Positions 1 through 16,561 of a DNA stretch of 64,000 bases are shown one piece after another. The stretch comes from the human T2T-CHM13v2.0 reference genome, Homo sapiens. The first letter of the stretch is position 1. Each line of letters opens with the position of its first letter. A program made the position numbers and the translations under genes. The notes under the pieces were generated by a model. The model ran no database searches. It was not told the DNA's origin and saw nothing but the letters and a program-made list of their open reading frames with translations. The stretch is taken from the NCBI RefSeq assembly GCF_009914755.1, contig NC_060929.1, one strand, 5' to 3'.

Positions 1-137
1 TACTGGGGAGGCTGAGGCATGAGAATGTCTTGAACCTGGGAGACAGAGGTTGCAGTGAGCCGAGATTGCACCATGCACTCCAGCCAGGGCAACAGAGTGA
101 TACTCCATCTCAAACAAACAAACAACAACAACAACAA
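1..137 (+). mobile_element. Alu right arm (truncated by window start)
   Basis: Alu 3' half with (CAAA)/(CAA) tail. Confidence 0.9.
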
Positions 138-1254
138 GAATCTTTTATTCATGGAACCCAATAGAAAAGGTGGAGAGACATAAAAAAAAAAATTAAATTC
201 TACAGAGGTATCCACCTATGCCTGTGCCCAGTCTGTCATCCAGCAGTTTGGTTTCAGTGTTTAGTGATTACCTCTGTGTGTCTAAATACTATGTTTACAC
301 TGCTTGCTATTTCCTGGTTTATCATCTTTAGACATTATCTCTTGACTTCCTCTTGTGAAAGATAAGGATTTAACTTGCTCACAAAGATAAGGATTTAACT
401 TGCTCACACTCCTGTCCCAGTAAAGCTATATCATTATTTTTAGTTCCTCTACTGGTTTCTAACATTAAGTAATGGACTGGAATCTCTCTTGTTCTAGTGA
501 TTTCAAGGAGTATCTTCTTCTCCCTTTATTGAAAGCAAAAAAAAAGCTTGCCTTTCCCTTCAACACAACTGTCCATCTTTTACTTCCCAATTTCCGACAT
601 CTGTCATTTCACTTTCACCTCGTCAGGCTGATAAACTTTACATTCTGTTCTGTATCCACAGTTGACTCCACCATGCTTTGCCTGTAGAGCTGGATTCTAA
701 AAGGCGAACATCTCCAGGGGAGGATGGGAGTGGGGATCGAGGTTTGGGGGTTTCTCTGAGAGAGGGCCTGACCTGAAGAGGCCACCTGGACAGGAATAAG
801 GGGCTTTTCCTTAAAGGGTTTTGTTCAAGAACCCAGGAACTGGGTGGGAGCTGAGTCATTATCTGCAGATCAGTGGTCTTCACTGGTCCTTATCTGCCCC
901 CAGGGGCTCAGCTGGCTCTGCTTCCCACTGACATCCCTTGAGAATGATCTCTTTAATAGTAGCCAGCATCTCCTTCAATGTCAGTGCAATCTGGTGACTC
1001 CCGTCCATCTCCAAACCTTTGCTCAACCCCTATATTACTTTTCCTATAAGGTTAACCCACACTTCATAACACCCTGTGACTTCAATAAACCCCAGAAAAG
1101 GAAGCTGTAACCTGGAACTCAGGGGGTGGAATCCCCCTACATTGGTCTTGGAGCTTGAGAGGGTGGAAAGGTACCAGCTTATGACTCCCCATCCACCCAC
1201 GCAGGATTGGAGCAGTGGCTCTCTAGACATTTGTCCCTCTGACACAGACCTTTC

Positions 1255-1584
1255 TTTCTTTTTCTTTCTTTCTTTTTCTTTCTTTCTTTCTTTTTTTTTT
1301 TTTTTGAGACAGAGTCTTGCTCTGTCACTCAGCTGGAGGGTAGTGGCACCATCTCGGCTCATTGCAACATTCTAGGTTCAAGCAATTCTTCTGCCTCAGC
1401 CTCCTGAGAAGCTGGGATTACAGGCACCTGCCACAATGCCCAGCTAATTTTTGTATTTTCTTAGCAGAGATGAGGTTTCACCTTGTTGGTCAGGCTGGTT
1501 TCCAACTCCTGAAACCTCAAGTGATCTACCTGCCTCAGCCTCCTTAAGTGTTGGGATTACAGGCGTGAGCCACTGTGCCCGGCC
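1255..1584 (-). mobile_element. AluS
   Basis: Full dimer; TSD CACAGA(C/T)CTTTC. Confidence 0.9.
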
Positions 1585-1802
1585 CACAGATCTTTCACTG
1601 AACTCTTTTTTTCCACCTCACTTCACCAACTGCCTCTCATACCTACAGAATTTTGGGAGGCCTTTCTCCTGGTATTGGACATGTTTTATGGCAGCTTTTG
1701 GCCAGATAATCTTTTAAAGATTGTTTGCTTAGCAGACATCTTTGGAAGCTAGAGATATGTCTCCCTTCGGGTCAGAGTTCAGTTTTGTTTCCTGACTACT
1801 GT

Positions 1803-2402
1803 TGTTGTAGGAAAAGGGGTCCTTGGGAAGTTTTCATTTTTTAAAGCATCTCTGGAAAAGTTTCTAGTAAAGCCCTGGCTGTTAGAGCCAGGCCAGCAAC
1901 CTTTGATATGCAAATGCAAGCCATTAGAAACTGGGTCCACCCAAGCATGGAGATTCCCTTGGCCTTCTTACCCTTTTTCGACATGTTTCTGGCAACACGG
2001 CCTCCCCAACATATCCCCACGTGTATAGAACACCTTGGTGCCCTATATTTGCATATTAAAAGGCTAGGGTGGGAGGGCCAGCTTTTTCTCGGGCTAGGTG
2101 AATGACATGCCTAGTCAAACCAATCCCCTGAGCCCTATGCAAATCAAACACCGCCTCCTCCAGCCACTGCACATATACCTGGCTGGTATCCGTGGCAGGT
2201 AGAGACCTCCTCTTTTGGCTTTGGAGCCCCCCTCCCCCTGTCTCTGTATGCGGGAGCTTCTTTCCTTCTGTCGTCTCCCTTCCTTCTTGCCTATTAAACT
2301 CTCCACTCCTTAAAACCACTCCACGTGTGTCCATGTAGTTTCATCTAAACCGACATGAGGACCAAGAACTCTGGTGTTCCTCCACTCTTTAGAGCCCTAT
2401 CA
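1803..2402 (+). mobile_element. ERV1 solo LTR, LTR9/LTR9B-like
   Basis: TG...CA termini, 4-bp TSD CTGT (1799-1802 / 2403-2406), ATTAAA signal at ~2294, three octamers. Confidence 0.8.
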
Positions 2403-2423
2403 CTGTGATAAAGATAGTGTCCC

Positions 2424-2802
<379 letters not shown>

Positions 2803-4179
2803 TCAGTGTTCCTCAGGGGCAGTATTCACCTGGCCAGCACTGGTATTGCCCCATGAGGCTTGGGGGCCAGCAGAACTGATGCGAACATTGGGGTCATGCT
2901 GCCTGCTGTGCTCTGAGTAGTAAATGACATCTATTTGGGAAAGTGGGGCAAATCAGCGGACCCAGCAGCTGCTATTTGGGGACGGCTTGGCCGCTTGACG
3001 TAGACTCTCTGAGGGGCTGCCCACTTTCTTCCCTGGGTCGGGCACATCCTGTATTTTAAAGGTGGGGACACCCTCCACTCTCAGGCCTCTGAAACCCTTA
3101 GCTGTTGACACCTCCTTTGCGTTCTCCTCCTTTACGGTCATTTTAATGAGGCATCAGGTGGTGGGAGTGGTAATTATTCATGTGTGTGCCCAGATTACCT
3201 AGTTGAAACGGAGCTCGTTTGCATTTCAATATACTAAAGAAACATATCCAGAGAGAACTTTTTGAGATTTTCAGCAGCTTTGTAAACAGAATACAACATT
3301 CAATAGTAAGTTGCAAAGCATAACGCATTGTAAAAAGGGACATTTTTGCTGATTCCAGAATTTCTCTCTCCTGCATAGCTTCTCAGATTTACGCCACAGG
3401 GATCAGCAGGATCTTTTAAAGATCAGAGGCTGAGTGGTGTTTTTCAGAGGCTGCGAAAAGCAGGGAGCAGGGAGACATGATGTGCTTGCTCCACTGCAAA
3501 TCTGAGATTGTGACTGCAGATTGGTTTGCAGAACGTCATTCCATGAATTCCCATATGCAGGGGCTGGACAGCAGAAGCCTATGAGTACTAGACTCCTTTG
3601 CAGTTAGGCTTCCTCAGGAGACCGCTACTCCACCAGAACACCCACTGGGTGAGACTTCAAGGTAGAAGTGTGAGACCCTGGCTGAGGGTGTGACCCTGGC
3701 TGAGGGCTCGAAGGTTGCATCTTCTGAAAAGCACCCCTAGGGGAGGTTTTTGTTTTTTTCTGAAACAGGTGTGGTGAAGTTTCTATTGTTTCATATCTGA
3801 TTTCATGGGTATGGTTATGGTTAACCTGTACAGCATCTTTGTATTAATTAGAAAAAGACACCTAATTTTGCCTGAAGCACCTCAATTCCATCTGTAAAAT
3901 ACATGCACTCCTTGTATTTTAAAGGCAGCGACTTCTTCCACTCTCAGGCCTCTGAAGTCCCTTACCTGTTGATACCTCCCTTCCGTTCTAATACATCAAT
4001 CATTAGTATACCAGTATATTAGAATAAGACTCCATCTGCTGGAAATTGTAAGATGTCTACAATGTGACTACCATGCGCTGGGATTATAAAGAGAATCCTG
4101 GTCAGAGATGCTAAGAGGCACGTGGTGGCAATAGTGAGGTTCTTGTTAGAAGAACCTACCAGGGTGGTTCCCTAGTTCA

Positions 4180-4560
<381 letters not shown>

Positions 4561-5250
4561 CATTAGGTCACCTAATCCCCTTTAATTAATCTTTTTGTGT
4601 TTAAATTAGTTAGAGAGGGTTCTTCTCTGCCACTAATAATCCTGATCAATACAGACACAAAAGACAGAGAAAGTAGAAGCAGTGACAGGGGCCAAGGGAG
4701 AAGAAAACCAAATGAGTCTTGGGGTCTGTAGGAAGAAAAGAAGGGTTCCATTGGAAGAAACCAAGAAATAGAGAAGTCAGCTTCCACTTAACTGATGAGA
4801 AGACAGAGTGAGTTCCTTGAAAAGGACTCGTAGTATTCACAGGTAGGGGAGTTTTACAGGTTCAATAGAGGAGAAGAAGTACATTCACTTGAGAAATACA
4901 TTTAATGGAGAATTTAGAAATCAGCAAAATATCCTTTTTATGGTACATTGTGCTTTGCAATTTACTAGTCAAATGCTTTTAAAATAACTAAATATATAAT
5001 CCCATAGGTTTCCCCCTGTGATGGGAGAGAAGTAGTTGTCTGATCCATGGCACACATGGATTTGCTGATGGAGTACAGACACTGAGTCTGAAAGGATGTC
5101 CGTGAGAGAGTCCACAAAGCAGCTGGAGATTTGTGGGTGGTCCTGAGACAGGAATAATACAGGATAGTCACAGGAGGATAAAAATTCCAGACAGCAGTTT
5201 CACAGGACTAAAGGCTATGGGCTGAAAAGACTTTGCAAAACCATGGTGTG

Positions 5251-5947
<697 letters not shown>

Positions 5948-7339
5948 TCATTATGCACTCATTAGCATACTCAACACACTCCCACCAGTGCCATGACAGT
6001 TCCGGGAACACCTGTATTTGGTGTAAAAATGGGTAGCATGACAATTCTGAGAAATGATCACCTTTTTCCAGGAATCTTCATGAATATTCCACTCTTTGGT
6101 TAAGAAATCCATAAAGACAGAAATGCTAAATCCCATCACAGCACTCTCTTGAGTATGCATGCACTCTTTTTTTCTGGTGTGTGTACTTTCCCTTTGCAAT
6201 AAATCTCTGTACTTTCACAATTTTCTGACTTGTCGTTGAATTCATTCTCACGATGGCATCAGGAGCCTGGACACCGGCTGGGGTTAAGGTCCCACTGACA
6301 TTTAGAGACCTTCCCTAGCCCACCAGTATCAATCTCTGCCCCATTTTACCAGCTTCCCTCTTGGTTTTCCTCTCTGGTGTGGAAAACCTCAGTTTAGAAC
6401 TGTTTGAGCCAGATTGCTTCTTCTTCCTTTGCTATCCACCTTTTAGCTATTTTATTATTTTGCAAACTGCTGGTAAAAGCTACGGGGAGGAAGGGACTAC
6501 ATCCTTGATTTGGTCATTGATTTAAAGACTGTATCTCCTTATACAGCTGGCATCATCTTCTACTTGCAGATGGAAAATACGCAGGCCCCGTGAAAGACAG
6601 CAAAGAAACATCTTGCCTTCCCCGTCTCTCCCCCTTGGATTCCTGATCTCTACCTCTTACGGGGCTCTGCCTTCTCTTAACCCCTTGCCCTTTTCCTCAA
6701 TTTAAATTGTCTGTCCCTCAGCTTCATCCCATTCTCTCCTGGATAGATCCAGGGCTTTGAGCCAGGAGAGTGCTGGAAAAAGAGGGCCTGCTCTCAGGGA
6801 GCCGCGGAGGGAGGGATCCAAACATTGGACACTTCCCAGCTTCACACATTTTTAGGTTATTATGTTAAGAAGCCTGTCTGCCTCATTTTGTTATTCTAGT
6901 CTATTTCACATTCAACCCCAGGAGGAGGAAGGGTAAAGGAGAAAAAAAAATCCTTCCTGCCACAAATAAAATGTAGCAGATGTTAGCTGATGATTACAAA
7001 AAGACAGTAAAGCAGGCCAAGAAACCATGGGAGGGAGGGGGTGGACCACAGCAGAGGGCGGGGGAGTGGGTGTTCGTGGAGCTGAATGTTCAGGGCAGAT
7101 GCTCTGGAGGATTAAATTACACCGAGAGTGAGGCTGCTGGTGCCGTCCCTCAGCCCTGCTCTGTAGCGCTGGGAGCTATTTCAAGCCAGTGAGAAAGAGA
7201 GTCTGCACTATTTGTCTTTAGGAGGTGCTTTATTTCCTTCCCTGTTTTGGAAAATGATACCTAGCTCTGCATGCATGTGGGTGCCTTTTTTAATGAAGTG
7301 CTACTCAAGGACTCAAAAGAAGGAACAGTGGCAGATGGG

Positions 7340-7886
7340 GCATCTGTGGGTTTTGCCTCTTCTGCAGCCATTCCCCCCTCCTCTGGTAACAGCACTATGA
7401 TTTGGTGGCGGGGAAGGGCTGGGGGTGCATCTTTTTCACTGTAAGTCCCTGTGGTTCAGGTGAGACTGATTCCATCCTGCCCAATGCCCCTGCTCCAAGC
7501 TGGGCACTTACGCCAGCCTAAGCCATTGATTGCCCTGGAATGTTCATGTGACTTAAGTTAGGATGAGGAGAGTCAGCTCCAGGACTTTTGCTGACACTGT
7601 TGTGAAAGAGGGGCTTTCTGCTGCGAATGCCAAGTGGATGGTATGCAAGTCTGGAGCTGTTCCTGGCTTGTTCTGTGAAAACTTACTGGAGAATGAAGCC
7701 AATTAGAAGAGATGCATTTGAGCAATGAAGAAAGAAGTTTCCTGAGGACATTGAGCATCTGGATCCAGCTGCAGCTGAAACTGATCCTACCCTAGGAATT
7801 TGCAGGTATATGTGGCTGTAAGTCTTCCCCCACCTCTTTATTCTCACCACTTTGCATTTGGGTTTCTGTCCCTCACACCTAATACA
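7340..7886 (+). mobile_element. MLT1 (MaLR) LTR, old
   Basis: Typical GAGAATGAAGCCAA, CTGGATCCAGCTG and GGGTTTCTGTC...CTAATACA motifs. Confidence 0.6.
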
Positions 7887-8359
7887 AGTGACTTCAGAAA
7901 GCCCGGGAGGCTTGTCCAGGTCACTGTGCTGGGCAGAACAAAATGAGGGCAGCTATCTATCATTGCCTCGATGCTGCTCTTGCTGTGGATGAAGCCTGGA
8001 GGCTTATTTCCAGGTCATGTTTGACTCTGAGTACACAGCTGCCTCTGAGAAAGATTGCCAGGCAGGAGTCAGCAGCCAGAACTCAGCTCAACAATCGTGT
8101 TCAGTTCTGTGTTATTGTACAGCAGTGCTCTCCAAGGACACCCTTGAATAGAAATGAATGCACATAAAGGTCCAACATGCATTCAGGAAGCCAGAGTCTC
8201 CACTTGTGCCCATATGCAAAGGAATCATTGTTCTCAGACCCCCTGGTAGAGACAGCTCTCAGCTCACTGACATGAACTGATGTGAAAATGTTCTTTAAGT
8301 GGAAAGCAGCAGGAAGCAGCTGTTAAGGAGGTGGGCACTTAGAAAGGAGAGACCACTTT

Positions 8360-8520
8360 ACCATTTATCCATTTGTCCAGCATACATTGATTGACCGCCT
8401 TCTATTGTGTTAGGGACAGAAATGCTAATGAAAGACAAAGTTCGTGCCCTCAGGAAGCATGCAGTTGAGTCAGGGAGTCAGCAAGAAAATCAACTGGTAA
8501 ATAAATGTAATCATGATAAT
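8360..8520 (-). mobile_element. L2 3' end fragment
   Basis: CATTTATCCATT...AGACAAAGTTCGTGCCCTCAGGAAGC. Confidence 0.55.
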
Positions 8521-8659
8521 TTAAACGGAAATAATAGGAGAGTGCCATCTACCCAACAGCATAACTCTCTTCTTAGTTTGTAGAATTCTGGATTTTATTC
8601 TAAAAGGCAGGATGCTCAGGTCCCTCCCCCAGGCTCAGGATTAACTATGATACATCTAA

Positions 8660-9112
8660 GCCAGTGATTCCAAATTTTGGCTTGCATGAGTCACATGGAG
8701 GGCTTGTTAAAACCAGGAATCCTGGGCCCCACTCCCAGAGTTTCTGATTCAGTAGGTCTAAGTGAAGCCTAAGAATTTGCATTTTTTTTTGTTGAGACAG
8801 AATCTCACTCTGTGATCTTGGCTCACTGCAACCTCTGCCTCCTGGGTTCAAGCAGTTCTCTTGCCTCAGCCTCTCAAGTAGCTGGGACTACAGGCATGCA
8901 TCACCATGCCCAGCTAATTTTTGCATTTTTAGTAGAGATGGGGTTTCACCATGTTGGCCAGGGCTGGTCTTGAACTCCTGGACTCAAATGATCCACCTGC
9001 CTCGGCCTCCCACCCTGCTGGGATTACATGTGTAAGCCACCCTGCGTGCCCAAGAATTTGCATTTCTAACAAGTTCCCAAGTGACGCTGTTGCTGCTGGC
9101 CTGAAGATCACT
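8660..9112. mobile_element. MER5A DNA transposon split by an Alu
   Basis: CCCAGAGTTTCTGATTCAGTAGGTCT...AAGAATTTGCATT|TCTAACAAGTTCCCA. Confidence 0.8.
8783..9051 (-). mobile_element. Alu with ~25-nt internal deletion
   Basis: TSD AAGAATTTGCATT. Confidence 0.88.
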
Positions 9113-9290
9113 AATCACAATCAAGCACAATCATCTGGTTTACCCCTTCTAGTATTTGGTTTAGGGTTAGGCACATGACCAAATTCTGGCTGATTAAATG
9201 AAAGGAAAAGTCAATGAAGTTTTAGGACAACTGTTTGCTTCTTGGTAAAATGTAAGATGGAAAGGAGGCCTATCTTTTCATCCCATCCTG

Positions 9291-9712
9291 GGTTCCAGAA
9301 CTTTATCCTTAGTTCAGCTAAAACTGGGTTCTTTTCACACAACTAAGAAAGATTAGGCTTGTGGACACATAGAAGGGTGAGGAAAATGGAATTTATTGGG
9401 CAAAAAGGAAAAAGAAAGAAAAACTCTCAGCAAAGTGAGAGGGGGTCTTGCCAACAACCTCCCCCGTCACAGACTGAATCCCGGGTTACCACACAGGCAC
9501 TGAAGAGGCCAGACTCTTCCCCCCTGCAAATGGTGTGAACTTCCCAAGGCTCCACCCGATCCTCCCAGTGCACAAGCAGGCATTATTCAGAATCAGCTGG
9601 GAAAGAGCAGGCTTCATTTGCGACCAGCAGACCGGTTTTTCAGCCTTCAGGCTGTTTTAGGCTTGAAGGCAGGGTTTCACTTGGGACTCTTGGCTGTCTT
9701 CTGTCTCTATCA
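9291..9712 (-). mobile_element. ERV1 solo LTR, MER83/MER50-like
   Basis: Minus strand begins TGATAGAGACAG. 4-bp TSD CCTG (9287-9290 / 9713-9716). Sits inside an MLT1-like element (~9150-9905). Confidence 0.7.
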
Positions 9713-10129
9713 CCTGAAATGAGGTTATGTGGGGAGCTGCTGTTTAGAGCTACTGATATCATGTGATGATGTGCACTTGGCCAAGAGGCTTGCAAAAATC
9801 CTGATCCAGACCCCTGACATTGTTGAGGAGCTGAGCAAACCCTGGAACCACCCACCTCCGACTCTTTGTTGTGGAGAAATTAAATGTTGTTATTCCCGTT
9901 TTCCATCAGAGCTGGAAGTATCCCAACTGATTCAGAGGGCTATCAGTCTGAGGCTGAGTAGGATGGAGTATCAGGAAAGGCTTCCAAGAGGAAGTAGACT
10001 CACTCTTCTCCAGCTCTTCAGTGAGAACTATTCCCGTTTGTGCTTTGGCAATATGACAAATGATGACACCCCATAGACTCACTTTGTAGACTAACTTTTG
10101 AATTGCCTGAATGAGGAATTTTAAATTTA

Positions 10130-10617
<488 letters not shown>

Positions 10618-11558
10618 CTAGCAAAGTGTGTGGTGTATAATAAATACCCGTATGTTTCCAGGGCTTACCTAACCTTAAGAATATATCATCCAGAGGAAAT
10701 GGCATGAACAGCAGCCCGAAGGCATGACAGTTTGGTGTCTCTGGCTATGAGTACACAGCTTGGTATGGTGATCTAGAGGTAGTATGGGTTAGACTGAGCC
10801 ATGATATGAAAAAAGCAGGGAAGCATTGGAGTAGATTAAATTGGAAACCAAAATCACGGTTCTCAGTTGGGTTAACAACAACAGCAAATCCCAATCCTCA
10901 AAGACTTCTGAAACTCGGAAGGTGGTTGAGTTTCAAGAGGGTTGCCCAAGAAGAACTCTTGCCCAACAAGGGTTGGGTTGCCTCTCCTCTGCCTAAGGAG
11001 GCAGTCCTTCCCTTGGAGTAGGAATTGCTTCATGACCTGCTTCTCATTTTGCTATGCCACTAACCTAAATCCAAATACAACATGGCCTGGGGTGGAGCAG
11101 GGTGGGATTGAGCAGGATGTGAAATGACCAAGGATATGATAATAGAAAATGATCATTTGTGCAGCATGCTGGGTTAAATATGAGATTGCTTAGAGTTGGG
11201 AGTGGGCAGCCCAGGGGTTCCATTCACCCAGAACACAACCACAACAATGAGAACGCTATTGCTACATATCTGTAACCTGTTGCTTATTTACATTTTCAAA
11301 AGCCCTGATGATGTTTCTAAGAATGAATTTCGAGGATGTATAAACAAGGCTCGTGGAATATAATTTTAGCTTGTGCTAGATTTAGTGATGTGGGTATAGT
11401 TATGCATTAGAGAAGACAGGAAGATCATTTCTGTTTGTGAAAATTGCCTTCAAAATAATTTAAAACAATGTTCATTAAAACAAGTTAGAAAGGTATAAGA
11501 AAGAAAATTAAATCACCTGAAATCTCATTACGTTGATAATACCTTAATAATTGTTCTA

Positions 11559-12500
<942 letters not shown>

Positions 12501-12560
12501 TGTAAACAGAAGAATTCTAAAACGTTAGGAGACAGTTCTGGATTGGCTTTTTCAAGCCTG

Positions 12561-12980
12561 CTGTGTCAATCAGGAGTCCAGTCCAAAAAACATAAACCAT
12601 TCTAGATATTTCAAGCAGAAAGGGATTGAATGCAGGGGACTGGTTACAAAGGTTTTGTAAGGGCTGGAGTTGCAAAATGGAGACATGGGTTTATCTAGAG
12701 ATAAGGGACCTGCCACCACTTGGGGCTGACACCTGTGGGTTCACACTCACTGCTAAGCTGCTCCAGATGACAAGTGGCCTGAGTAGGAGCTGTCACTGCT
12801 GCCACAATTGGAACTGGCATTCTGCTACAGCAATTGGCATTTCTTGTCTGCAATTGGCTGCTTCTGTCAGAGCCAGAGAAGGCTAGGGGTCATCTTCTTC
12901 CTACCTTCTATCTCCCTTCAATGGCAGAACCTATCTATCCAGTACCCAGCTGGTGAAGGAGTTTGGGAAATGTAATATTC
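12561..12980. mobile_element. Ancient LTR-like element
   Basis: TGTGTCAATCAGGAGTCCAGTC...GATATTTCAAGCAGAAAGGGATTGAATGCAGGG resembles the ends of old ERVL/MaLR-like LTRs. Confidence 0.4.
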
Positions 12981-13279
12981 TAATGGCTCCAAAAAATACA
13001 CAGAAGGATATGGGAAGGGGGATATGAGGGCCGAATATCAATCAATCAATATCTTAATGTCCATCAATATCTGACATGCATTTCTTGCCCACTCACCCGC
13101 TGACTGCATCTCCTTCACAGAGCTTGGAAGACTCTTCCCTCACTGGGCTTTGAAATTGAAGAGCCCATCTTTACCAAATACCGACATATGTGGGTGCCAT
13201 GGCAGGAGATAAAGATGGGGCATTTGGGCCAGAGGTGGTTTGTTGAGGGCTGGCGTGTCTTAGGTGTTCTGTTTCATTA

Positions 13280-13440
13280 CTCTTATGTCACTATATAAAA
13301 TTATCTTCATTTTGCAGATGAGGAAACTGGGGCTCAGAGGGACAAAGGACAAGATCCCATAGTTCAGAAGGGGCAGGGTGTAATTGACACTGTTCGCCTG
13401 ACTACAAATTCAGTTCTCACACCGTTGCACCACACTGCCT
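13280..13440 (-). mobile_element. MIR SINE
   Basis: Core CATTTTGCAGATGAGGAAACTGGGGCTCAGAG. Confidence 0.75.
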
Positions 13441-15289
13441 GCCAGGGTCCCAACCCCAGAGGGCGAGGCCACCAGCACCAGGCCTCCTCAGGGAGCAGCT
13501 TTATGGAATGGGTGTGGGAAAGGAAGCCTGGGGGCAGGGGATCCTGCCTGTCACAGCTCTCACAATCTCCTAAGCTGTTCTTGCCTGTGGGTGCCAGGAC
13601 TGACACCAGAAATCCCCTGTGGCCTTCCTGTCTCCCCTGCAGAGGATCATAGGCATACGTCCTGTCTCATCACCCCCACTCTTTCTGGCCTGGCCCACAT
13701 GCCCCTGCTTCTTAGAGAGTCATGGCAGTCTGGACGTCAATGTGGGCAGAGCTTGAGGACACTCTAGGTGCAGCTGGTTTGGGCCGGCAGGTGAGATGAG
13801 GGGCCTGGGAGGATGTCCCTGCTTCTCACAATTCCTGGGGAGAGAACAGAGCAGGAGGGCAGACTTTGGGCGAGCTCTCACCATCGTGGACTTGGCTGAG
13901 CCAGCAGCCTGCTGCACTCTTCTCCGCCCACAGTGGCCTCATTTTTTCCAGCGGCCAGGCAGTTTGGAGGAGGTCCCTCGGCCACTCCTAGCCCCCTAAA
14001 TAGGGGCCAGCTTATCAGAAACATATCAGAAGTCTGCAGGCTAGAATTGTTGGTAGAAAAATGCCAAAGTTGAAACTTGTTTTCTATTATCAGCAGGTAT
14101 CTGGGAGTGAACTGTGGCAGAGTACAAGTGATGCCAATTATTTAACGACTGGAGGCAACATGGGCACGGTTACATTAGGCTCTAGGGCAGGCTTGGGAAA
14201 AATATTTGACAAGGGTCTGATCCTCCAAGATCTCTGCTATGGCATCCGTGGTAATGAGATCATCAGATGACCTGTGCAGGTTTTCTGTGACGTGAATAAC
14301 TAACCCAAACCAAACAAAGCTTTGGTTTGGTGAATAGAGGCCTGATTTGAACCACCGTAGTAGACATAGCTTATCTTCCAATTCATAGGCCTGAGATTGG
14401 TAACAGAACCAGATGCACAGAATGGAAAGGACACCAAATGCCTACAAGAAAGGACCCATGTAACACCTCAGTTACATACTTGAAACTTCCTTCTTGCTCA
14501 AAGGAACTATTTACCTGGATAGCTGTGTACGGGGGCAAGAGAGAGACATAAACCTTTCAGGGAGTAGCGAATATTGGCTCTGAACTTACATGAGATACAT
14601 AAATCTATTGTAGTTCCTGATTGCAGTGGGTCTAAGGGTCATCAGGTGGTAAGTAGGATTTTTAAACTGGGTCTATTTATAAAAAGCCCCGTAATTATTT
14701 CTCCAGATCCTGAATACAGCACAGAGTTGGACTGGTAGGTCCCCATAGTGGCTCTCTGACACACACAGTAAGAATGACTGTGGTTGGAAGAGCCAAGTGG
14801 GAACCACTGAAGTTTCTTCTCCCTACCAGAATAATAAATCAAAACCAATACCACACCTCCAGGGGAATCACAAAGATTAGCCCCATAGTTAAAGATTTTG
14901 AAACAGCAGCTAAGTTCCTCAGAATGGCCCGTATGAGGATAGATGGATTCTGGAAACCACAGTGGATTAAGGAAGCCTAATTAGTTGATAACTCCTCCCA
15001 CAGTGACAGGCCAAGACATAGTCTCCCGTTTGGAGCATATTAACACAGGCCCTGGCACCAGCAACTGATCTAGCAAGTGTATTTTCTTACCCATTCTGAT
15101 AAAGGGTATTCCAGAAATAGTTAGCTTTCACCTAGTAGAAATATATACTTTTACCATGCTGCCTCAGGGATATATTGAGTCCGTCCGGTAGGGATCTTGA
15201 CCATCTCACCAACCCACAAGACACAAGGCTGGTCTACATTGAATATAGCACACATATAAGGCCTGGGAAATAAGAAGTAACCGGTATCA

Positions 15290-15693
<404 letters not shown>

Positions 15694-16152
15694 AAACTTT
15701 AGGAGAGGACCTAGTGGAGTGGACTGAAATATCGATAGATAATCCTCTCCAATTGATAGGGCTCCTTGCATATTAGAGGTAACAGAGAACACATTTGGTT
15801 GCCTTGCTTCAACCCATTTACCTGGTGAACTCAGATATGCCAGCCTTATTTGGGTACAGAACAAGAGAAGCCTCTCTAGCTCATCCAGACTGCAGAAGAA
15901 GAGGAGGTACCAATTGGTACCTGCTGTATGACCCAGCAGATACAATGATGGTCCAAATGTTTGAGGGAGATAAGTCCTCAGTTAAGGAACTCACTTCACA
16001 AGGAAAGTAAAAGACAATGAGATATCATGCTAACAGTTAACTAGTTTTATCATGTACTTAGGAACTTGAAGCATCTGATACCTAGAAGGAAATACAGGTA
16101 CAGGATTTGGCGGTGGTGCCTTTCAAAGTTTTACCTAATTACTAAATTATAA

Positions 16153-16561
<409 letters not shown>

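Noticed and set aside
13440-14000. GC-rich stretch as a CpG-island promoter
   Set aside because: CpG density is low despite the GC content, and the ORFs are short with no recognisable domain.
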